DNA from: Leucoraja erinacea
Taxonomy: Eukaryota
Direction: 5' to 3'
NCBI RefSeq assembly: GCF_028641065.1
Contig: NC_073405.1
Coordinates: 17,360,001 to 17,424,000, forward strand
Length of the DNA stretch: 64,000 bases
The position numbers and the translations under genes are program-made. Below are positions 55,524-64,000 of this stretch, piece by piece (within the stretch, counting starts at the first letter, position 1; each line of letters starts with the position of its first letter). The notes under the pieces were generated by a model. It worked only from the letters and a program-made list of their open reading frames with translations, was not told where the DNA came from and did not search any database.

Positions 55524-56769
55524 CGTGATCGAGGAAAGGTGGAGACCATGGTTTGTGGCCGTTGGCTGTGGAAAAGGGTGACCACGAAAAGATACAACAA
55601 TAAAACTAGCAGGACGGCGAGAGAAGTATTGTTGAGGGCATAAACTGCAAATTAAGCACATAAATTAATTCAACACCGCTCTCCATTCAGCCTTGGAAAA
55701 TAGTTCCAGATAGTCTACATCAACTGTTCAAAACACCAGCAAAAGTATTTTAAGGAAGGTGATAATTGCATCGCAAAGTCACCGCTCATGTGAACATAAA
55801 ACGACATCATTAGTTACTCCAACAGACCAAAGAATAAACCAGCACTTTTCACCATAATAGTAGAAACTAATTAACAGCCAGTGCAAAATTAACAACACAG
55901 AACATTTATTGCATGGTAAAAAGCTGAAGCAAAATTCACAGAAATGTTGTGATAAAGCAGGAGAAGCAGTAAATTGTTCTTTCTCAGCTAAAAATGATAC
56001 AGAATTAACGTTTCAGGTCGGGGTCGTAGAGTCTCGAACCTCACACGGCAATCGTTTCGCTTTCCACGTGCTTGCAGCATTTGCAGCATTGATTTGATAT
56101 TTCTAGCATTTGTGGGGTTTTTTATTCTCATTAACTGTGGTAATAACATTCGACAGCAAGTAGCACCGAGTGAACAAGAGCGGGACCAAGTGTAATCAGC
56201 ATTTCAATACAAAAATACCATTAGTCGGACGCAATGAAATAACCCAACCTGAGTGAACAATTGTTGTGTTTAGCTATCGCTAACCACATTAACGCTTAGA
56301 AATGGCAGAAAAAATCTCCCGGCAACTGGGCTGAAACTTATTACTGTTTGGCCTCCAGCGAACACGTAGCCTTAAATTGACAGAAGTTTTAACATCTTGC
56401 AGTAACCACATTTAGTAGCAGAAAGAAGGGTCAACACCAATGGACGAGAAAACACTTCACTAATAAATAGCAAATTATTAGATGCTAAATGATTTACACA
56501 TAATTGATATCAGCGGAACCCGACGATAATCAGCGTTTCTGTGTTAACATTTAATCCATGTCCTCGTTAACAGCGAAAACTGAGAGGATAGGGGGAGGGG
56601 TAGTGGGAGTGTGTGGGTTAGTGAGTGTGTGTGTAGATAGATATTTAAAAAATCTAATCAGCAGCAAAATAAAACTGCTGGTTGAAATGGGCGAGGCAAG
56701 CAGTATCTGCGGTGAGAATTGAGGAAGCAATTCCTCCGATCCGGATACTGCATCAGGACCGAGTCGAAA

Positions 56770-57974
56770 GGATTTCCCAGACACTTGGTCCTGGTCCGAA
56801 CATCCATCAGCTCGATCCAGAGAATCCAGTAATGGGGGGTGCAAATGGGACTTATGAGTGCTGGTTCAGGACTCCCAAAAAGTTAATTGGAAGTCGAATC
56901 GGTAGTAAGGAAAGCAAATTCAATGCTAGCATTTATATCAAGAGGACAGGAATACAAAAAAAAACACAGAGATGTAATGGTCAGGCCGCATTTGGAGTAC
57001 TGTGAGCAAATCTGGACCCCATATCTGAGGATGGATCTGCAGGCTCTGGAGAGGGTCCAGAGGAGGTTTACAAAAATGATTCCAGGAATGAGTGGGTTAG
57101 CATATGTCGAGCGTTTGACAGCACTGGGCCTCTACTCGCTGGAGTTTTGAAGTTTGAGGGGGGACCTCATTGAAACGTAGAATAGTGAAAGGCTTTACTT
57201 GGATAGAGTGGATGTGGAGAGGATGTTTCCATTAGTAAGAGAGTCTAGAACTAGAGGTCATAGGCTCAGAATTAAAGGAAGTTTTAGGAAGGAGATGAGG
57301 AGAAATTTCTGAGGGTGAAAAATCAGAGGGTGGTGAATCTGTGGGATTCCTTCACAGAAGGCTACAGAGGCCAATTCAATTCATATTTTTAAGGCGAATA
57401 TAGGCACATTCTTCATTAGAACTGGAGTGAAAGGTTGCGAGGAGAAGGCAGGAAAATGCGATTAGGAAAATGGGATTAAGAGGCAGAGGTCAGCCATAAT
57501 TGAATGGCGTAGTGGACTCGATGGACCGAATGGCCTAATTCAACTCCTATAACATCTGCACTGATTTTAGATGATCAGCGATGATCACATTGAATGGCGG
57601 TGCTGGCTCAAAGGGCCCAATGGCCTCCTCCTGCACCTATTTTACTATGTTTCTATGAACTTGTGAACTTGAGTAATGGAGGACCCGCTGAGGATTTATT
57701 CCCGGTGAATGCTTAAACCAATGAACATAATTGCCATCCTTTATATCGATGCTACATTTCAATGTGGCCGTGTCTCCTGGATTCACCGACACGGTCGCAG
57801 GTTGAGTCAGAGTCTGACTCTCTCCAGCTGTAAAAGAGCAGGAATTCAACTTTAACCAATGACTCTTTAATGTGACCCCCAGAGACCACATCACACCCGC
57901 TGGCGGGGCAGACTTGCCGTCTGAATTTACAGCCCAGCCACTGCCAGAGTTCAGAAAAAGCACAGCGTCCGCAT
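56770..57974 (-). pseudogene. Immunoglobulin light-chain V pseudogene, sigma/sigma-cart-like (copy 1)
   Basis: Leader 57974-57918 (ATG; MRTLCFF*TLAVAG..., degenerate) and 90-nt intron (GCAAGT...CTTTTACAG). Phase-1 V exon from 57827 reads AGESQTLTQPATVSVNPGDTATLKCSIDIKDGNYVHWFKHSPGINPQRVLHY, with the first Cys and the Trp intact. Then broken by CR1; FR3 largely missing. Confidence 0.85.
56836..57671 (+). mobile_element. CR1 3' fragment inserted into an Ig V exon (second CR1 tail nested at ~57560-57657)
   Basis: RPHLEYCEQIWTPYLRMDLQALERVQRRFTKMIPG. Flanked by an 8-bp direct repeat AGTAATGG at 56828-56835 and 57672-57679. Confidence 0.9.
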
Positions 57975-58080
57975 GGTTGCTGCCTTCAGCTCCCTGCCTC
58001 GCTCCAGCCAATGTGACAGAATGTGGACGCCGCTGCCGATGGAACCCACTCATAGAGCCTTTGACACAGGAAGGAAATCC

Positions 58081-58096
58081 GTGCAAATCAGGGCGG
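58081..58096 (-). promoter_or_regulatory. Ig V-type promoter octamer variant with GC box
   Basis: Minus strand TGATTTGCAC (1 mismatch to TNATTTGCAT), ~107 bp upstream of the leader ATG, in light-chain orientation. Confidence 0.6.
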
Positions 58097-58189
58097 GTCA
58101 CACTGAGCGACCAGAGCGCGGATCTGAAACCCTCCCATTTGCCATCAAACACGGTCGGGTTGAGGCGGTGACAATGTCAGCCACTGACT

Positions 58190-58480
58190 GATCTGGTAAA
58201 CACAATCTGTTGAGCAGGTCGACACAATGGTCGTTTGTTTTCTGAGATTCCCCACCTTCTCCCTCCATTTTCCTGATTCAGTTGTTGCCACACTCCATGT
58301 CTCAGTCCGGAGATGCTCCTCGCACCGCCTTATCGATGTTTGCAGACACTTTCTAGATTGCTGGACCATTTCAGAGGGCCTTCGTGTGGGCCTGGAGATT
58401 GGACGCAGTCCGGAAGATGGAATGTGTCCTCCCCTCAAAGATTAATGAGCTCCCATCGAGTGTTTTGGTCTGTCCGACAG
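58190..58480 (-). mobile_element. Decayed RTE-like LINE C-terminal fragment
   Basis: GHI...RP..........TETWSVATTESGKWREKV resembles the RTE W..LA..R..WR..V terminus. Confidence 0.4.
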
Positions 58481-59014
58481 TATACACTGTTTACACTGTA
58501 TACACTAAGACCAACTGTATATAACAGTATACACTGTATACACGAAGACCAACGTCCGACTGACATCATAGGTTTAGTTAATTAAACAACACCAAACTGA
58601 CACTTTAGCCTGAATTTTCCATGTCAACCAAGATTCCTGCATTTCCCATTTTCCTGCATTTGGTCTATATCCCTTTACATATTTCCCACCCATGTACTTA
58701 TCTAAATGCTTTTTCAAAGGTTGTAATTCGATCACCGCCACAATCTCCTCTTGCAGCTCGATTCATATACTCATCACTCTGTGTCTGGGAATATGTGACT
58801 ACCCTTTATGTCCCCCCTTACATTGTTCACCTCTCACCTTAAAGCTATGACCTCTTGTATCAGACCCCACTATTCTGGGGGGGGGGGGGGGGGGGGGGGG
58901 TAGACTGTGACATCGATTTCCCTCAACTTGTATAAACTTTCATGTGATGTGGACTGTTGAGTTCGCATTGAAAAGTCAATCGATGGTTAAAGTTGAATTC
59001 CTGCTCTTTTACAG

Positions 59015-59312
59015 CTGGGGAGTGTCAGACGCGAACTCAACGTGTAGCCGTGTCGGTGACTGCAGGAGACACGGCTACGCTGGAATTTTGCATCGATATA
59101 AAGGATTGCCACGTTGTTAGCTGATACAAGCAGACACCGGGAACAAATGCGCAATGGATTGTCTCCGACCATCACACCTGCACTAGCACAAGCTGTGGGT
59201 CTGAGTTGAACAGCGGCCGTTTTTCCTTGCGGTTTAACAGCTCCCTCGTCGTTTACGAATTGCTCATAAACAAGGCGAAGGTGATTGTGACGGTTAAGTG
59301 TATGGGAAATCC
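59015..59312 (+). pseudogene. Immunoglobulin light-chain V pseudogene, sigma/sigma-cart-like (copy 2, inverted)
   Basis: Not in the ORF track. Same acceptor GGTTAAAGTTGAATTCCTGCTCTTTTACAG|CT as copy 1. Reads AGECQTRTQRVAVSVTAGDTATLEFCIDIKDCHVVS*YKQTPGTNAQWIVSDHHTCTSTSCGSELNSGRFSLRFNSSLVVYELLINKAKV. Cys>Phe at 59086, Trp>TGA at 59122, long sigma-type CDR2, YYC lost. Confidence 0.85.
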
Positions 59313-59740
59313 CTCCAGCAATTACTAACCGCGAGAATGCGGTCAGCTGGCAACACGTACTTGAACCTTTATTAATTCCTGGCTAATTTCACAGAGAAAA
59401 TGTTGATTTTCCAATCCAATTGAGTTATACGATTCACAACAAGCACATTTTTGAATTATTTGAGTCAATGTTGTTGTATTTAGCTATTTTTGGTACTGGT
59501 TTTTCATGACCAAGTCTCTCTTTTTCGTGAAACATTTTGATAATTCAAAAATGTGCTTGTTGTAAATATTGTGTTTCTGAGACAAACTTCTCTCCAGAGT
59601 TCGCGCTGAACTTCTCTCCTGAGTTCTCTCCAAGTGAACACGAGGACCCCCAGATTCCTAAAGTGGGGCCCGGTGTCACGGCGTGGACAGAACATTGGCG
59701 ACTGGAGACAGCCCGGGGCTGTTGAGGCAGTGGAACTCAC

Positions 59741-60045
59741 GTTTCACTATTGTATGGGGATCCCACAGCGGAATCTCCCCTTGAATTTCACGGAAACTCC
59801 AATCCTCCCGGTGACGATGAACTCTCCTGCAGACACCCGCCCAATAAAAGCCCCTCTCCAGTTCCCCAGTCCTTGCCTCCTCTCCCTTTGACCGCCGCTC
59901 CTTTGCGGGAACCGCTGCTCAGCGATTGCCGTCGCTGCACCGATTGAGGTCGGAGCTCCGGGTCTGGGGAGAATCGCACCTGCCCTCCCCCACAGTGAAT
60001 GGGACCCGAATCCGTCGGCACCATCACAGGTCACAGAGAGGGGTA
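59741..60045 (-). pseudogene. Degenerate butyrophilin/MOG/B7-like IgV exon
   Basis: Phase-1 acceptor CCCCATTCTTTCCAG| and GTGAGT donor (59740-59735). Reads PLSVT...WGRAGAILP(R)...EQ(R)F...RSGGQRERRQGLGNWRGAFIGRVSAGEFIVTGRIGVSVKFKGRFRCGI, paralleling BTN/MOG LPC...WF..YRNGKD...YRGRT....GKVTLRI.NV..SDEG.F.C. Confidence 0.5.
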
Positions 60046-60934
60046 CTGGAAAGAATGGGGACAGTGGACAGGGCAATTGGAAGGCAGTGATGATAAGATT
60101 ATAACAAGACATTTAATGTTTGGGAACGATAATAAATAAAGTAAATTTAACAATTGCGGGAAATATTCAGGTGGTCAGGCCGCATCTGTGAAGAACTTTA
60201 AAACTGAACATTGCGGGCAATGACCTTTCACCAGAATTGACCAATTCAGAAACAAACTGCAATGGCGAGTTATTTGAAGGGTTGATAGTGATAATAAAAT
60301 GACAATAAAACATTTGGTGTTTGTGTCGGATAATAAAAGAGGTAAATATTACGACGGTTGGGAGTATTCAGGTGGTCAGGCAGGATCGGCGGAGAGCGTT
60401 TAAGTAGAAGTTACATTGCGGGCCATTGAACAGAACAGATCACTTCTGTCACAAACTGGAAGGGCCGGTTATCTGAAATGGGAGAGTTCTAGACCTAAGA
60501 TGGATCTAGACTGGATCGAAGCGTTAAAACCCGAATTTGTGTTGTGTGCTGGTGACTGGGTACATGAGTCTAGTGAGAGGGTGATCTGAGAGGGAGAGGG
60601 GATGAGACATTAAAGATTTTAAGACAGAGGTGAGAGAACTTTGTTTTGTTTTTTCTCGGAGGGTCGCACGCCTTTGAAATTCTCTTCTTGAAAAGACGGT
60701 TTATCAGAGGTAAATAACAACTTATTTCTACCTTTGCAATTGCCTCACCCTATGTCCAGTTGTTCTGTAAACCTTACCTTATCCCTCCATCTGAGGCCAG
60801 GTCCCACGGTGCGCGTCTCGAACGAGGGCAATGTGAGGTTCCATCGCACACTATCAGCATGTTGTGATCAGTTTAGTGCTACGAGTCATTCAAGTAGCCC
60901 TTAAGGAAATGTTAGTATATAAAAAGATCGTATA

Positions 60935-61060
60935 CAGTGCATTCGGAAAGTATTCAGACCCCTACACTTTTTCTACATTTTGTTACGTTACAGCCTTATT
61001 CTAAAATGAATTAAATTCATTTGTTTAATCATCAATCAACACACAATACCTCATAATAAA
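60935..61060 (+). mobile_element. Solo Tc1 terminal inverted repeat fragment
   Basis: TA|CAGTGCATTCGGAAAGTATTCAGACCCC is a Tc1-type terminus with TA target; no partner was found. Confidence 0.7.
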
Positions 61061-61739
61061 ACTCCAACCTCGCCCACCTTTTATTCCTTGGGCTGTGACT
61101 CTCGCCTCAGCTTGTCTCGCCACGCCTCCTCCTTTCTCTCCTCTCCTCTCCCCACCAACTCCGACGTTCCTCGGAATGAAAGATAGCAACTCACCCATCA
61201 TTTGAAACGCGGGATTCCATTGGACATGTACCGAACGTCCAGTTCATCGAGGTACCGGGAAAAAATATTCTTCCAGGTGCAGTGTTGGGCTCTGCGCCGG
61301 ACAGCAGAGGTGGTGGGGAGCAGGGGAAGGACGATGATTAACTGATGAGTAACAAAATGCCACTCACCCCTGTCACCAGCACACACCAAACAAAGGCTGC
61401 AGCCATATCTTCAGCAGCGGGCAGCTCCCATCCGTGAAGAAAAGCGAAAGATTCTTGTGAACCCATCCCCGTATCTTCAACCTGGCGATGCTAATTCTCA
61501 GGAGACACAGCTCTAGCAAACAGGGCCACCTAACCACCGTCTTTATTATTTTGCAACACGAGAGGTGATGTAAATACCGGCCACTCTACCATTCGGGTAT
61601 CATCATCCTTCCACCAGACTCACCGCTCCCACTTTACTTCCTATATACTGACCACATTGCAATTCACACAGGTTTCCGTCGAAATATGTGTGCAAAATCT
61701 GAAAAAATGCTTCGTTTGTCCAGAAAAAAACGCAATTCA

Positions 61740-61965
61740 GTCATAGTCATCGTCATAGTGATACAGCGTGGAAACAGGTCCTTCTCGCCCACACTGGTCA
61801 ACAATGTCCCAGCTACATTAGTCCCACTTGCCTGCGCTTGGTCCATATCCCTCCAAACCTGTCCTAACCATGTACCTGTCTAACTGTTTCTTAAACGATG
61901 GGATAGTCCCAGCCTTAACTACCTCCTCTGGCAGCTTGTTCCACACACCCACCACCCTTTGTCTA
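61740..61965 (-). mobile_element. CR1 3' tail fragment
   Basis: (TCATAG)n tail, GGAAACAGG.CCTTC stem and ..GGTGGTGGGTGTGTGGAACAAGCTGCCAGAGGAGG on the minus strand. Confidence 0.8.
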
Positions 61966-62999
61966 GCTTGAGAATTATGATACTAGAACCATGGAAACTG
62001 AAGGCCACATGATACTGGCAAAGAACGTGCTTGACCCGAGGCTCCCGATCAACCAGCATATGTCAATAACATTTTATAAGCCGAGGGTATTAATTGTCAT
62101 GTGTGCAATCATGATATAGTATGGATTATTTATGCTGATATTCTCGTATCAGTATTGCCACTGTAAAACACCAAGCGCAATTTAGTAAGCACAATGCTCA
62201 CAGCACCAGAAGAATAAATACTATCAAATAGTACACTCTCTCGATGTTATCCCCCGGGTGTTGGAATTTTGGCCAAAAACACTCAGTGGAAGAGATCTAC
62301 CCTCGAGGCAGAGGATCGGAAGTGTGGCTGCCCTTCCCATGGGCGCCTTGTTTCGGTCCAACCCTTCAACTTTGGACTTGTCAACAATGTGGTTTCAAGA
62401 CCCATTGACCCACGAACCAATATTTGGGCATCCGTCTGTGCCAGGGATACTTGTGACAAAAACTCTCGTCTGTGGCAGGGATGCTTGATTCTCACTCTAC
62501 CCCTCCCTCTGTCCCCCATCCCGACGAACTTCAAACTCCTTCCTTGCCCACTTTTCTATCCGCTGGGCTGTGACTTACCGCTCCGGATGTCTACACACAC
62601 CTCATTCCAATCCTCCCTTCTCCTCCCCCTTGCTCCACCCTTTTCCTGCAAATTCCGCTGTCCCTTTCAATTGAAGGCGGCAGGAATTCACCCATTATTT
62701 AAAATTCGGAACTTAATTACTATATGCCGACCGTTTATTGAGCTAACCCCGGGAATGAGTGCTCTTGCAGCTGCGGTGGCGGGTTCTGAGCCGGACTGCA
62801 GAGCTGATGGAGAGGGAAAATAATGATCGAGCAATGCAGTATAAAGGTGTCTAGTTCATAGAAGTGGAGAAAATGTAAACGAGAACAAGGCTTCGGCCCA
62901 AGAAAGCTGAAACTGAAACACAGAATCAGTGCATTTGGGGGCGAATACTCTACAAACAGAATGACGAGGCCCCGAACAGTGAACAGAGGATGACGAACG

Positions 63000-63301
63000 G
63001 TCACGTTGGCGCAGCGGTAGAGTTGCTGCCTTACAGCGAATTCAGCGCCGGAGACCCGGGTTCTATCCCGACCACGGGTGCTGTCTGTACGGAGTTTGGA
63101 CGTTCTCCACGTGCCCTACGTGGGGTTTCTCCCACACTCTATAGACGTATATGGTTGTAGGTTAATTGGCTTGGTAAATGTATAAAATGGCCCTAATGGA
63201 TGTAGGATAGTGTTAATGTGCGGGATCGCTGGCCGGCGCGGACTTGGTGGGTCGAAGTGCCTGTTTCCACGCTGTGTCTCCAAACTAAACTAAACTAAAC
63301 T
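63000..63301 (+). mobile_element. Full-length HE1-type V-SINE
   Basis: GGCGCAGCGGTAGAGTTGCTGCC...GAGACCCGGGTTC; V-domain; (CTAAA)n tail. Confidence 0.88.
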
Positions 63302-63305
63302 GATG

Positions 63306-64000
63306 AGTAGAACCAGGATGTTTAGGCACTAAAAAGACTGAAAAAGACTGAAATCACGCAGGCAAAAGGGCTAAATAAAATTACAAAAAAGGCACGGAAA
63401 GGCATGTATTTCCACCACCAAAATATGGTTGAAAATGATAATATAGTTATACTACATTAAACGACCAAAGTGGTTGCAGATATTTACTAGCATTTTTTTT
63501 TCAAATTATCTGGTATTAAATTATGCCGTCTGTCAGACAGAATATGCTTCAGTTGTGAAAAACCTATTTGTACCTCAGCTGAAGTCATGGTGCATACCCG
63601 AAACAAGCTACAGACTCTATATTCATGTCATTATCTTGTGCATTACAACTACCTTTGAGAACTTCAGATATTTTTTTGTATTTCTTCAAGATCTTTGTTA
63701 ACTAAAATCACTCTCTCACATTTTCCTTGCATATCTTTACCTGCATCGCCAGGAACTTTACGAATATCGTCAGTTACTTTGTTGAATACCTGCAAGTTAT
63801 TCACTAATGCTTTGCCACGTTTCTCAAGGGAAGTGATAGCTTGTGAGAAGTTTGCAAAATTGGAAGCAATAAACACAAGGTCGCGGTGGAGGATTTTTTT
63901 CCTGCATGATTTCACTGACGATCCTGACTGCAGCAGATTCTTCTTCTTCAAAACAGTTGATGATTTATTTGATCATTTCAAAATTTGCAGCATAGTGGAG
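63306..64000 (-). mobile_element. hAT-family transposon 3' end (dimerisation domain), runs off the window
   Basis: Minus strand reads DLVFIASNFANFSQAITSLE... then frameshifted YAP.TSAEV..GFSQLKHILSDRRHNL.PDNLKKML (hATC-like). AAAAAGACTG subterminal repeats. Confidence 0.75.

Noticed and set aside
57637-58152. 171-aa ORF as an intact Ig-like protein
   Set aside because: It runs through promoter, leader and intron and ends in a CR1 tail; only ~52 codons are V sequence.
59991-59997. CACAGTG heptamer
   Set aside because: No nonamer at 12/23 spacing, ~680 bp from the V end, and inside the BTN-like exon.
60125-60430. Apparent ~200-bp tandem duplication or array
   Set aside because: Two decayed copies of the Penelope-terminus-derived short repeat; not a CRISPR-like or novel array.
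61195-61291. Resemblance of ..LDVRYMSNGIPRFK to an MHC class II alpha-1 C-terminus
   Set aside because: Too short, exon size and phase do not fit; chance similarity cannot be excluded.

Overview
Eukaryotic vertebrate genomic DNA. The repeat content (HE1-type V-SINEs, CR1 LINEs, Penelope-like elements) and the Ig light-chain type suggest a cartilaginous fish, probably a skate or ray (inference). The only intact protein-coding gene found is ELAVL1/HuR on the + strand. It has five coding exons (2373-2583, 13591-13694, 15728-15881, 17065-17290, 23124-23451; 1023 nt = 340 aa + stop), all introns are GT-AG, and its non-coding first exon was not identified. It is followed by about 9 kb of U-rich DNA with no recognisable transposons, probably a very long 3'UTR. 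The remainder is dense in decayed or nested mobile elements: CR1, Rex1, RTE, Penelope-like elements with hammerhead-ribozyme relics, Tc1, hAT, Gypsy, a Helitron end and SINEs. The most unexpected region is about 56.7-63 kb, a cluster of decayed immune Ig-superfamily exons that the ORF track mostly misses. It holds two divergently oriented sigma-type Ig light-chain V pseudogenes; one keeps an octamer promoter, leader and intron, and was split by a CR1 insertion with an 8-bp target-site duplication. A butyrophilin/MOG-like IgV pseudo-exon and weaker IgSF remnants lie beside them. The cluster is ~33 kb from ELAVL1, which in human lies in the 19p13 MHC-paralogous region. All family assignments were made by eye from recalled motifs; no database searches were run.
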